From the NCBI GenBank assembly GCA_002269645.1, contig NIVC01003119.1, forward strand, positions 1 to 30,680: a stretch of 30,680 nt of DNA, read 5' to 3'. The translations under genes were made by a program, and so were the position numbers. Within the stretch, counting starts at the first letter, position 1, and each line of letters opens with the position of its first letter. This stretch comes from Macrostomum lignano (Eukaryota). Below the pieces are notes generated by a model, which saw nothing but the letters and a program-made list of their open reading frames with translations, ran no database searches and was not told the origin of the DNA. Below are positions 1-12,300 of this stretch, piece by piece.

Positions 1-796
1 TAGGCTCCGAGTAGAGTAGATAGGCTCCGAGTAGGGTAGATTGTTCCGAGTAGAGTAGCTAGACTCCGAGTAGGGTAGATGGCTCCGAGTAGAGTAGATA
101 GGCTCGGAGTAGGGTAGCTAGGCTCCGAATAGGGTAGATGGCTCCGAGTAGAGTAGATAGGCTCCGAGTAGAGTAGATAGGCTCCGAGTAGGGTAGATAG
201 GCTCCGAGTAGAGTAGATAGGCTCAGAGTAGGGTAGATAGGCTCCGAGTAGAGTAGCTAGGCTCCGAGTAGAGTAGCTAGGCTCCGAGTAGAGTAGCTAG
301 GCTCCGAGTAGAGTAGATAGGCTCCGAGTAGAGTAGATGGCTCCGAGTAGAGTAGATAGGCTCCGAGTAGAGTAGATAGGCTCCGAGTAGAGTAGATAGG
401 CTCCGAGTAGAGTAGCTAGGCTCCGAGTAGAGTAGATAGGCTCCGAGTAGAGTAGATAGGCTCCGAGTAGGGTAGATAGGCTCCGAGTAGGGTAGATAGG
501 CTCCGAGTAGAGTAGATAGGCTCCGAGTAGAGTAGATAGGCTCCGAGTAGGGTAGATAGGCTCCGAGTAGGGTAGATAGGCTCCGAGTAGGGTAGATAGG
601 CTCCGAGTAGGGTAGATAGGCTCCGAGTAGGGTAGATAGGCTCCGAGTAGAGTAGATAGGCTCCGAGTAGAGTAGATAGGCTCCGAGTAGGGTAGATAGG
701 CTCCGAGTAGGGTAGATAGGCTCCGAGTAGAGTAGATAGGCTCCGAGTAGGGTAGATAGGCTCCGAGTAGGGTAGATAGGCTCCGAGTAGAGTAGA
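1..796. repeat. 20-nt minisatellite (TAGGCTCCGAGTAG[A/G]GTAGA)n, intronic, runs off the window start
   Basis: About 40 near-identical tandem units read directly; ends about 30 nt before the CAG acceptor at 823-825. Confidence 0.97.
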
Positions 797-825
797 TTAA
801 TTGATTTTGACCGCTCCAACTCCAG

Positions 826-1291
826 GCGGAGCCGCTGGAGTCGCAGCCGGCCGCCCTCGCCCGAGTCGGCTGGGCCACCGAGTCGGGCAGCTTGGACGCC
901 GGCCGGGACAGCCAGGGCTGGGCGTACGGCGCGGATCCGGACGGCTTCCGGTCTGGCCGGCAGCCAGGGCAAGAAGATGCACAGCGATCAGATTGACGTG
1001 TACGGTGAGCCGTACAGCGGAGGCGACGTGATCGGCTGCTACCTGGACTTCGGCGCCGGGGCGATCGCGTTCGCCAAGAACGGCAAATCGTTTGGCCAGG
1101 CCTATGCCCTGCCGCCTGCCGCCCGCGGCGACTCCACCACTTATTATCCCGTGGTGTGCCTCCGCGACCAGACTGTGGACGTGAATTTCGGACAGCGGCC
1201 GTTTCGGCATCCGCCCGCGGCCGGGTTGGACTCCGGTGGGCCTGGCCGGGGACGAGTCTGTCCGGCGGAGCGCCAGAACTGGCGTTGCGAT
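826..1291 (+). CDS. Exon encoding a SPRY/B30.2 domain of the DDX1 / hnRNP-U type, with one frame discontinuity at about 925-965
   Basis: Acceptor ctccag|826, donor 1291|GTGAGC. Frame A gives ARVGWATESGSLDAGRDSQGWAYG. Frame B gives SQGKKMHSDQIDVYGEPYSGGDVIGCYLDFGAGAIAFAKNGKSFGQAYALP...YPVVCLRDQTVDVNFGQRPFRHPP. Both match the DDX1 SPRY pattern recalled from memory (RVGW..SLDLG..FGFGGTGKKSH..YGE..DTIGCYLD..FSKNGK..FP..NFG..PP). Confidence 0.8.
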
Positions 1292-1360
1292 GTGAGCTGG
1301 CCGGGTTTTGTGTGTTTAATTGCTCTAATTTGTGTTTACTGTCTATTATGTGTTTCTTCG

Positions 1361-1746
1361 CATGATGTGTGTTTCTCCCTATGTGATTGTGGTTCTTCCT
1401 ATGAGATTGTGGTTCTTCCTATGAGATTGTGGTTCTTCCTATGAGATTGTGGTTCTTCCTATGAGATTGTGGTTCTTCCTATGAGATTGTGGTTCTTCCT
1501 ATGAGATTGTGGTTCTTCCTATGAGATTGTGGTTCTTCCTATGAGATTGTGGTTCTTCCTATGAGATTGTGGTTCTTCCTATGAGATTGTGGTTCTTCCT
1601 ATGAGATTGTGGTTCTTCCTATGAGATTGTGGTTCTTCCTATGAGATTGTGGTTCTTCCTATGAGATTGTGGTTCTTCCTATGAGATTGTGGCTCTTCCC
1701 ATGAGATGTGTGTTTCCTCCCATGAGATGTGTGTTTTTTCCTATGA
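1361..1746. repeat. 20-nt minisatellite (TGAGATTGTGGTTCTTCCTA)n, perfect core with degenerate edges
   Basis: About 15 identical units at about 1390-1692, with diverged units on both flanks. Confidence 0.96.
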
Positions 1747-1904
1747 GTTATGTGTTTCTTATTTTAGTACTGTGTTGAGTCCTTCATAGCATCCGTCTTC
1801 TTCTTATCTTAGCTGCAGGGCGGTCCGAAGACGCAGCGGGGAGGCGAGCGTCGCCCATTCCGCTAATCCCTGAAAGACCCGCATAGGCTAGGTCGCGGGG
1901 CCGG

Positions 1905-4900
1905 TCAGGGAGGTCTGCCGGTCCTGTCTGCAGCGTTGTCTTCGGTGGGGAAGACGGAGGCTCGCTTGGTGGCCCGGAGGAACCGGATGAGCCGTGGGAT
2001 GTTCTCGGGCCGGCAAACGTCGTCCAGGGACGGGTTGGGCCCGAGGTGGTTGAGCCGGTCTCGGTTGAAGGCCGGGCAGTAGCAGACGAAGTGCATGGCA
2101 TCTTCATTCTCGAGGCTGCAGAAGGGGCAGAGTTCACTCCGGCGAACACATCGGAGGAAGCAGTGCCTGGCAAAGCAACCGTGACCTGTGAAGGTCATAG
2201 TGAGAGCGCGGATATCTTTTCGATTTTGATTCAAAAGGATTCTCCGCAGCTTGAGGGACGGATTGGGCACTGCCGCACGAGATTGGCGGCAGTTGGAGAT
2301 ACCATCCCATCTGCGCAAGTGCAGGATGTCCGCCCAGTCGTTAATCTGACGATTAATGACTGTGGCGGGGATGGGGCCAGGGGCACGGGGCCAAGGGGCG
2401 AGCCGGAACAGCCCGCCTTAGCGAGGGAGTCGGCGAGCTCGTTACCTTTGAAGCCGGCGTGTCCTGGGATCCACGTGAGCCGGACGGTGTTCCTCCGAGC
2501 CAGCTTGTTGAGCTGCCCGATACAGTCGCGGACTGTTCGGGAGTTCGTAGTGGTGTGACACAGGGCCTGTAAAGCGGCCTGGCTGTCAGAGTGGAAGAAG
2601 ATTCTTCTGTCCTTGAAGTCCTTGCGGTGGAGCTCAGCTGCACAGGAGCTGATGGCAAGGACTTCATTCTGGAAGACGCTGGAGAGTCTGCCAGTGTGTT
2701 GGGCGTGAGTAGCAATCACGCGGCCGTTGATAAGGATACAGACTCCAAAGCCGGATAAACCGTCTTTGGAGGATCCGTCAGTGAAGCAGTGAACCTCCTG
2801 AGGGGCCCAGCTGTCGTTGGCGTTCTCCCTGGAGGGGATCGTGACCTTGAAGCGTTGGTAGAGATTGAGGGAGCGCGGTTCAGCGTCCGAAAGGACAGCC
2901 GCACTCCCACTCTCCTCCAGAACTTTAAGGCACAGGTCAGAGTGCGGCAGGAGCTTGCGCTTCGCCATCGCTCTTTGTGGCTTGAAGCTAACACCAGCCT
3001 CGATGAGCCGGCGGGTGGTTTTAGCAGCCTCGCGACGGACAAAGATGTCCAGAGGCGGGAGGCAGAGAAAGGCGTTGAGGCCGTCAAAGGGAGCAGAGAG
3101 CGGGGCATTCAGGATCATGCGGCACGCACGTCCCTGCACCTTTTTGAGGGCTTCGTGGCAGGTTTTAATCTGCAAGGCGCTGGTCCAGACCAGACCGGCG
3201 TAAGTAACGGCCGGTCGGACCATTGCGGTATAGGTCCACCAGAGCCGTTTCGGGGTGAGGCCCCAGGTGGTGCCGACGGCTCTGCGCAGCTGCGCAAGAA
3301 TCGCGAGGGCTTTTTTGGTTTTGGCCTGGACGTGGGTGGACCAGCTCAGCCGGTGGTCCAGCGTAACGCCGAGACACTTGGTTTGCTTGCAGGATGGAAT
3401 TTCCACCCCGTAAAGCTTTAGTGGGCGAATACGCCAGTTAACCCTGCTGGTGAACATGATCGCGACAGTTTTGGTCTCGGAGAGCCTGAGGCCGCACCTG
3501 TCCGCCCAACGTTCAGCAGAGCGAATGAAGTTTTGCAGAAGATCTCTAAGGGTTTCAGGTGACGGTCCGGATGCCACGGCTGTGACATCATCGGCGTAAC
3601 CGACCTTGAGGATGGGGTCAAGATGGCTGTCCTGGAGGAGCTCATCGATGACCATGTTCCAGAGAACTGGAGAGAGGACACCGCCCTGGGGCTGCCTTTG
3701 CAGACGGTTACCGTCCGTTGGTGGCCCAACAGGTGTGCGGTGGCAGTACGGTGGCTGATCATATACATGATCCACCGGGTGAGGTGCGAGTGGGTTTTCT
3801 AGCACGTAGAGCTCTGTCAAAAGCCTCAAAGAGGACATTATCAAAGGCTCCAACAATGTCGAGGAAGACAGCGAGAGCGTAGCCATTACCAAGAACGGCT
3901 TTCTCCAGCATGTCAACCAGAACGTGAAGCGCGCTCTCCGTGGACCTGCCTGCCCGAAAGGCATGCTGGTTCTCACTGAGCGGCTTGTTCTTCAGTTCCA
4001 CAGAGAGGAGGCGCCAGAGCACCAGTCTCTCTAACAGCTTCACCAATGAGGAGGTGAGGCTAATTGGTCTGAAGGATTTAATGGACCGGTAGTCCGGTCG
4101 GCCAGGCTTGGGGATAAATACCACCTTGGCCTCGGTCCAGGATTTCGGAGCAAAGCCGAGCACAATGCAGGCTTTCAGAAGCCGGCAAAGGTTCCGCAGG
4201 AAACCGGTGCATTTCACCGCCTCCCGCAGGAAGGCTGGCACAACGCCGTCCGGTCCTGGGGATTTGAAGGGTTTGAAGGAGGAGACAGCTTTAGTAACGC
4301 GGTCCTCCGTGATGATTGAGTCAGCCAGTACGTGTCCGCCCACTGAGTGGTCAGGGGGGTCGGGCCTGGCTGGCTCGTTCGGGAAAAACGCTGTTAGCAT
4401 CGCTTCCAGTGTTTCTCCTGGGTTCTCAGTAAGCGAGCCGTCGGCTCTCTTGACTGAGGAGAGTTTGGACATTTTGTCCAGGGTGAGGGCTTTAACGATT
4501 CTGGAGGTGGGGCGGGAGCCCTCAAGTTCCTCACAGTATTCGCGCCACTTGTTGGTTTTGGCGTTCCTAACCTGCCTCTTGAACTCGTGGATAGAGTTCA
4601 GGTAGGCGGTTTGGTCGGCCGGGTTTTTAGTTTTTTGGGCCCTGCGGTGAAGCCTTTTGGCTCTGCGACGGAGGTCGCCAAGCTGCGGGTTCCACCATGG
4701 GGCCGACTGTTTGCCTTTATATGCCTTTAGTGGGCATGAGGCTTCGAAGGCAGCAGTGAGCGAGTCCGTAAGTGCGGCCGCAAATTCATCTGCTTCTTCG
4801 CAGGTGTTGATGGAGACTGGAGTGCTAGTGCAACGATAGGTCTCCTCCAGGGCAAGCCTGAAGGCGGTCCAGTCGGTATTCCTAGCATTCCGTTTCCAGT

Positions 4901-5606
4901 AAAGCTGGCCTGCGTTACGGGCGCTGGCCAGCGTGAAAGAGATGAACTTGTGATCGGAGAGGGACGCCTCAGGAAGCACCCGCCACTCCCTAGTGCTCCG
5001 GAAGAGCCTGGGCGTGGCGAGGGTGGCATCCAGCACCTCCGATCGGCGTCCGTTATTGAAGGTAGGGGTACTACCCGAGTTACAGAACTCAAGGGTTGTA
5101 GTAGCAATATAAGCCAGGAAGTCTTCACCTCTCTGGTTTATATCAGAACTGCCCCAGTGGGTGTGGTGGGCATTGATGTCACCTGCCACGAGCAGCTCAT
5201 AGTTTCTGGTGGAGCAGAGCTCGACCAGTGTGACAAGCTCTACTGGGATCATCTCGCCGTCGCCCGGTAGGTAAACCGAGGCGATGAGGGTAGTCCTCCC
5301 AGGGAGTATGTCTTCAGACTGGATGACACAGATGTCCCTGGTGGACAGGTCTGATCTGAGCCATGCGTTAATAGAACTGGACACCATGATGCAGGATCTT
5401 GGTGCCAGGTTTCCCTCCCGGGTACCAGCGGTTAAACACTGGTAGCCGGTGGGGACATGTTGGGGGCTGCCCCTAAGCGTCCAAGGTTCCTGGATAAGGA
5501 TAATCCCTGGCACGTATTGGTCAGTGTGCTTCAAGAGGTTGACTGAAGCAGCAATGCTGTGCTGCAGGTTGACCTGCAAGCAGTGGATGCCCTGGGAGAC
5601 AGTCAT
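1905..5606 (-). CDS. LINE ORF2 (AP endonuclease, reverse transcriptase, RNase H, C-terminal zinc knuckle), about 1235 codons if three 1-nt deletions are repaired
   Basis: APE: IQEPW, GDINAHH..WGS, SDH. RT: FRPISLTS, QHAFR, FLDIVGAFD, PQGGVLSP, YADD, LGV. RNase H: FTDGS, NEVLAI, SDSQAAL, WIPGH..GNELAD. Knuckle: CPFC..EDAMHFVCYCP. Frame shifts at the T run 3795-3798, G run 3688-3691 and G run 2373-2376. Confidence 0.9.
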
Positions 5607-5608
5607 GT

Positions 5609-5960
5609 CTACTGTCCAGGGGAGGAGAAAAGCAACTCATTCTCAGCCTCATCGGTGAGAGTTGAGTCGCCAATTTCCATTGGCTCAGGCTCAGCCGCCT
5701 CCCCAGCCGCCGCGGAGGCGGACACGGCGCCCACGGCAGGTGAGTCACCTAGCCGCGCTACACCGCCCTCCTCCCCAGCGACTGGGGTACGGCTGCTGCC
5801 TTCGCCTTGCGCCCCGCCGTCGGGAGTCTGAGCTCGGCCGGCAGCGTCCTCCTGGTGGTAATCCCACCAGTTGGAAGGCTGAGCCGTGCCGTCGTCCAGT
5901 TCCCTCGGCTGGCTTTCAGTGTTTTTCGAGCGGCACGAGTCTGCTCCGTAGCCTCCGTAG
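5609..5960 (-). CDS. Putative 3' remnant of LINE ORF1 (acidic, low-complexity C-terminus)
   Basis: Open frame ...AEPEPMEIGDSTLTDEAENELLFSSPGQ* ends immediately before the ORF2 ATG; no recognisable domain. Confidence 0.5.
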
Positions 5961-6315
5961 CCTTACGGATAGCATCCGTAGCCTTATTTTTTCTTGTTAT
6001 AAATTTTTCATGTGTCTATTTTTTATGTATTTTCCATAAAAACGTTTACACTTTTCTAAATGGTTTATATTAAACGGTTTACCCATATAAAGCAGACAAT
6101 AATCATAATAAATATTCTCTGTTCAGGTATTCAAGTATAAAATTTAATTGCATTGAAGTGAGTGCTGATAACTTTGCTAAGTGTTTGGCAGTTATCAACT
6201 TCAGTGTCTCAATGCCGCATATTTACATTCTGCATTTAACCTGGTTCGCTGCATCAAGTGCGCAATTAAACTTTACCGCGGCCTCTGGCCACCCCCCCCC
6301 CCTCCCGCATGCCAG

Positions 6316-9300
6316 CGCAAGTCGAAGGGTTTCGCCTACGCTGATCCAAGAATGCTGCAGGAGAGTCTTAGCAAACGGGTGAGGGGCTTGTCCATAATTC
6401 ATGCCTACCGACTAACTCTGTAGGCTGTTAGTTACATATTCGAAGCCATTTTTTGCAGAAAAGTCGCCTGTCTCAAGCCTCCAATGAGGATCAGCCAAGG
6501 GTGAGTAAATTTACTTGCTGAGACCTGCTTGTAGCTTCCAGCTAAAAAAACATTTCAGCTGCTTTTTCGTGCGATTGCTCAATTAGGCTGCTTTCACTGT
6601 CTCAAAATTGAAGCATATGAATAATTGTCCCAACACAATTTTGGATCGGGTTTGTGTTCAAATTGGGAGTTGCAGCGACTGTGTGTCACAGTGCTCAGTC
6701 TGTGTGTCACAGTGCTCAGTCTGTGTGTCAGAGTGCTCAGTCTAGGTGTGTCACAGTGCTCAGTCTGTGTGTGTATCAGAGTGCTCAGTCTGTGTGTCAA
6801 AGTGCTCAGCCTGTGTGTGTCACAGTGCTCAGTCTGTGTGTCACAGTGCTCAGCCTGTGTGTGTCACAGTGCTCAGTCTGTGTGTCACAGTGCTCAGCCT
6901 GTGTGTGTCAGAGTGATCAGTCTGTATGTCAGAGTGCTCAGTCTGTGTGTGTGTCAGTGCTCAGTCTGTGTGTGAGAGTGCTCAGTCTAAGTGTATCAGA
7001 GTGCTCAGTCTGTGTGTGTATCAGAGTGCTCAGTCTGTGTCAAAGTGCTCAGCCTGTGTGTGTGTCAGAGTGATCAGTCTGTATGTCAGAGTGCTCAGTC
7101 TGTGTGTGTGTCAGAGTGCTCAGTCTGTGTGTCAGAGTGCTCAGTCTGTGTGTGTGTCACAGTGCTCATTCTGTGTGTGTGTGTCAGAGTGCTCAGCCTG
7201 TGTGTGTCAGAGTGCTCAGCCTGTGTGTGTGTCAGAGTGCTCAGTCTGTGTGTGTGTCACAGTGCTCAGTCTGTGTGTGTGTCAGAGTGCTCAGCCTGTG
7301 TGTGTCAGAGTGCTCAGCCTGTGTGTGTGTCAGAGTGCTCAGCCTGTGTGTGTCAGAGTGCTCAGCCTGTGTGTGTATCAGAGTGCTCAGCCTGTGTGTG
7401 TCAGAGTGCTCAGTCTGTGTATCAGAGTGCTCAGCCTGTGTGTGTGTCAGAGCGCTCAGTCTGTGTGTCACAGTGCTCAGCCTGTGTGTGTGTCAGAGTG
7501 CTCAGTCTGTGTATCAGAGTGCTCAGCCTGTGTGTGTGTCAGAGTGCTCAGTCTGTGTGTGTCAGAGTGCTCAGGCTGTGTGTGTCGGAGTACTCAGCAT
7601 TGCTCATATCTTTGCGATAATGTCACCATCATCTCCTTCCCCATGCTTCTCGTGCAGCCTCGCATTAGTTTAGTTGCTGTGCATCTCTCAGCTATTGCAG
7701 TTTCTCTCCTTCCTTCTTGTATTTCTGCCTGTCTATCCGACTCAGTGCCCAGCAGCACGCCCAGCCCGACGTCTCGGGTTTCCTGACTAATGCCAATTGT
7801 GCGTGACGCGGACTTTGATTTTAGCAGCAGAATATTTATCAAGCCAAGTTCATCATTTTTGTAGTCGGGCGCGGAGCATGGCAGCCACGAGCATCATCGG
7901 GGCGTCCAGCATCATCGGGGCGCTCGGGGCGGCTTTCTGGAGAGCGGCGAGCCGACTGTGTCTGTGCGGGAGACCCGGACTGAGGTGAGGCGGCCCGGGG
8001 CTCTGTTCTTGAGCTTTCAGGTTCAGAGATTCAGAGAGGGGAGATTCAGAGAGGGAGATTCAGAGAGGGAGATTCAGAGGGGAGATTCAGAGAGGGAGAT
8101 TCAGAGGGGAGATTCAGAGAGGGGAGATTCAGAGAGGGGAGATTCAGAGAGGGGAGATTCAGAGAGGGGAGATTCAGAGAGGGAGATTCAGAGAGGGGAG
8201 ATTCAGAGGGGAGATTCAGAGAGGGAGATTCAGAGGGGAGATTCAGAGAGGGGAGATTCAGAGAGGGGAGATTCAGAGAGGGGAGATTCAGAGAGGGAGA
8301 TTCAGAGGGGAGATTCAGAGAGGGGAGATTCAGAGAGGGGAGATTCAGAGAGGGGAGATTCAAAGAGGGGAGATTCAGAGAGGGGGAGATTCAGAGGGGA
8401 GATTCAGAGGGGAGATTCAGAGAAGGGGAGATTCAGAGAGGGGGAGATTCAGAGAGGGGAGATTCAGAGAGGGAGATTCAGAGGGGAGATTCAGAGAGGG
8501 AGAGATTCAGAGAGGGGAGATTCAGAGAGGGGAGATTCAGAGAGGGGAGATTCAGAGAGGAGAGATTCAGAGAGGGGAAGATTCAGGTCGGGGAGATTCA
8601 GAGAGGGGGAGATTCAGAGGGGGATTCAGATGGGAGATTCAGAGAGGGAAAGATTCAGGTCGGGGAGATTCAGAGAGGGGGAGATTCAGAGGGGGGAGAT
8701 TCAGAGAAGGGGAGATTCAGAGAGGGGGAGATTCAGAGGGGGGAGATTCAGAGAAGGGGAGATTCAGAGAGAGGGGAGATTCAGAGAGGGGAGATTCAGA
8801 GAGGGGAGATTCAGAGAGTGGGGATATTCAGAGAGCGGGAGATTCAGAGAGGGGAGATTCAGAGGGGAGATTCAGAGAGGGGGAGATTCAGAGAGGGGAT
8901 ATTCAGAGAGGGGATATTCAGAGAGGGGAGATTCAGAGAGGGGGAGATTCAGAGAGGGGAGATTCAGAGAGGGGAGATTCAGAGAGGGGAGATTCAGAGA
9001 GGGGAGATTCAGAGAGGGGAGATTCAGAGAGGGGGAGATTCAGAGAGGGGGGATTCAGAGGGGAGATTCAGAGAGGGGAGATTCAGAGAGGGAGATTCAG
9101 AGGGGAGATTCAGAGAGGGGGGATTCAGAGGGGAGATTCAGAGAGGGGAGATTCAGAGAGGGGAGATTCAGAGAGGGGGGAATATTCAGAGAGCGGGAGA
9201 TTCAGAGAGGGGATATTCAGAGAGGGGATATTCAGAGAGGGGATATTCAGAGAGGGGAGATTCAGAGAGGGGGAGATTCAGGTCGGGGAGATTCAGAGAG

Positions 9301-12300
9301 GGGGAGATTCAGAGAGGGGAGATTCAGAGAGGGGGAGATTCAGGTCGGGGAGATTCAGAGAGGGGGAGATTCAGAGAGGGGGAGATTCAGAGTGGAGATT
9401 CAGAGAGGGGAGATTCAGAGAGGCGGAGTGATTAAAATAGGGGGATCGGAGAGATTTAGAGAGAGGTTTTTAAGAGTACTTTTATAGCCTCTGTTTATGT
9501 AATCATAATCATCAATTGTTTAATTATGCTTGTCGTTCACAAAAATCAGATTAAAAACTTTACCTTTTGAGCGCTGTTCGTTTCACAAAATCAATCAATT
9601 TAAACAAATCGTGCACTCTACTCGAAATCATCATTAAATAGAATTTTCACTCAATACTACTGTAAAAGTAGCATGTTCAGTAGTAGAGAGGCAATTTCAA
9701 TATGAATTCGGATATGAAAACGCAGTGAAATAAAATGATTTCTGATTTTGTTCATCCCGCACTCACAAAATAGCAATCCGGCGATGAGGATTACTGCCTG
9801 TACGATGACAGCTTGGCCAAGCCTACGGCTATTCCCACCGTGCCCATGGACTGCTGCGCCAGGGACAGCTATCCCAGTCATCACCACCATCTGGACCTGC
9901 AGCCTACGGAGAAAACCTATGTTACTCACGTAGGATGGCGCGGTTTTCTGCTTGGGAGTGGACGGGGTTTTTTGGGGCGATTGGGACGAGATTGGGAGAA
10001 ATGAGATGGGATTTCTGAGATAAAAAGAAATGGGATGGGATTTCTGAGATGGGCCGAAATGGGAAGGGATTCCCGAGATTGGGAGAAATGACATAATTTC
10101 TGAGATGGGGAGAAATGGGAAGGGATTTCTGAGATGGGGAGAAATGGCATGGGATTTCTGAGATGAGGAGAAATGGCATGGGATTTCTGAGATGAGGAGA
10201 AATGACATGGGATTTCTGAGATGGGGAGAAATGGCATGGGATTTCTGAGATGAGGAGAAATGGCATGGGATTTCTGAGATGGGGAGAAATGACATGGGAT
10301 TTCTTAGATGAGGAGAAATGGCATGGGATTTCTGAGATGGGGAGAAATGACATGGGATTTCTTAGATGAGGAGAAATGACATGGGATTTCTGAGATTGGG
10401 AGAAATGAGATGGGATTTCTGAGATAAAAAGAAATGGGATGGGATTTCTGAGATGGGCCGAAATGGGAAGGGATTCCCGAGATTGGGAGAAATGACATAA
10501 TTTCTGAGATGGGGAGAAATGGGAAGGGATTTCTGAGATGGGGAGAAATGACATGGGATTTCTGAGATGGGGAGAAATGGCATGGGATTTCTGAGATGAG
10601 GAGAAATGGCATGGGATTTCTGAGATGGGGAGAAATGGCATGGGATTTCTGAGATGAGGAGAAATGGCATGGGATTTCTGAGATGGGGAGAAATGACATG
10701 GGATTTCTGAGATGGGGAGAAATGGCATGGGATTTCTGAGATGGGGAAGCAGTGGGTAAGTAAAGTATTGATCACCGTTCCCTTATTAATTTTTTGCATT
10801 GTGGTTTCTGCATGCCTCTTCAGCTTGCTATTCGGCAGTATAAGCCATTAGCCAATATCAGCACCTTTCAGTGTTTTCGATTCACTTAATATAAGACTGA
10901 GTCTGTCAGATAGGCAGTGAGCCTGTCAGAAAGGCAGTGAGCCTGTCAAATTATTAGTAAGTCTGTCAGACAGACAGACAGCCTGTCAGATTGATAGTGA
11001 GTCTGTCAGATAGACAGTGAGCCTGTCAGAAAGATAGTGAGCCTGTCAGATAGGCAGTGAGCCTGTCAGATAGGCAGTGAGCCTGTCAGATAGGCAGTGA
11101 GTCTGTCAGATAGGCAGTGAGCCTGTCAGATAGGCAGTGAGCCTGTCAAATTAATAGTTAGTCTGTCAGATAGACAGTGAGCCTGTCAGATTGATAGTGA
11201 GTCTGTCAGATAGACAGTGAGTCTGTCAGATAGGCAGTGAGCCTGTCAGATAGGCAGTGAGCCTGTCAAATTAATAGTTAGTCTGTCAGATAGACAGTGA
11301 GCCTGTCAGATTGATAGTGAGTCTGTCAGATAGACAGTGAGTCTGTCAGATAGGCAATGAGCTTGTCAGATAGACAGTGAGCCCGTCAGATTAATAGTGA
11401 GTCTGTCAGATAGGCAGTGAGCCTGTCAGATTGATACTGAGTCTGTCAGACAGGCAGTGAGTCTGTCAGATAGGCAGTGAGCCTGTCAGATAGGCAGTGA
11501 GTCTGTCAGATAGGCAGTGAGTCTGTCAGATAGGCAATGAGTCTGTCAGATAGGCAGTGAGTCTGTCAGATAGACAGTGAGTCTGTCAGATAGGCAGTGA
11601 GTCTGTCAGATAGACAGTGAGCCTGTCAGATTAATAGTGAGTCTGTCAGATGGACAGTGAGCCTGTCAGATTGATAGTGAGTCTGTCAGATAGGCAGTGA
11701 GCCTGTCAGATAGGCAGTGAGCCAGATAGGCAGTGAGCCTGTCAGATAGGCAGTGAGTCTGTCAGATAGGCAGTGAGTCTGTCAGACAGGCAGTGAGCCT
11801 GTCAGATAGGCAGTGAGTCTGTCAGATAAACAGTGAGTCTGTCAAATAGGCAGTGAGTCTGTCAGATAGGCAGTGAGCCTGTCAGATAGGCAGTGAGCCT
11901 GTCAGATAGGCAGTGAGTCTGTCAGATAGGCAGTGAGCCTGTCAGATAGGCAGTGAGTCTGTCAGATAGGCAGTGAGTCTGTCAGATAGGCAGTGAGTCT
12001 GTCAGATAGGCAATGAGCCTGTCAGACAAGCGGTGGCCGAATTCAGAGTGGTCAGCTCATTTTTAACCTCCCAAAATTCAGAGCGAAGAGATCGGCGAGC
12101 CCGAGGAAGAGGTCATGACCTTCACAGACGAGCACGGGAGCCGAATCACCAAGAAGGTGGTTCGTAGGCGCCAGGTTCGAAAAGTGATCACCAACAAGGT
12201 TGTCGAATCGCACGCGACCCACGGGCCGCCCTGCTTCGACACTCACGGCGGAGGCGGCGGTGAGGGCGCCGGAGACGGCGGAGGTCCGCTCCTGGAGAGA

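Larger units (their letters stand above)
1797..5968 (-). mobile_element. Non-LTR retrotransposon (APE-RT-RNase H-CCHC; LOA/R1/I-group-like), 5'-truncated in ORF1
   Basis: Direct repeat ATAGCATCCGT at 1786-1796 and 5969-5979 (TSD); AAG-rich 3' tail (TAAGATAAGAAGAAG on - strand); ORF2 domains; putative ORF1 3' remnant ending in TAG at 5611-5609, 2 nt before the ORF2 ATG. The clade is inferred from RNase H plus the WGLTPKRLWWTYTAMVRP and TGHG motifs. Confidence 0.93.

Noticed and set aside
826-1291. Calling the SPRY exon DDX1
   Set aside because: No downstream helicase motifs in the window, so only the domain type is supported.
6127-6157. Segment between an AG and a GTGAGT donor
   Set aside because: 31 nt with an in-frame stop; breaks the phase-0 chain.
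7746-7777. GC-rich candidate exon
   Set aside because: 32 nt and a poor donor (GTTTCC); incompatible with the reading frame.
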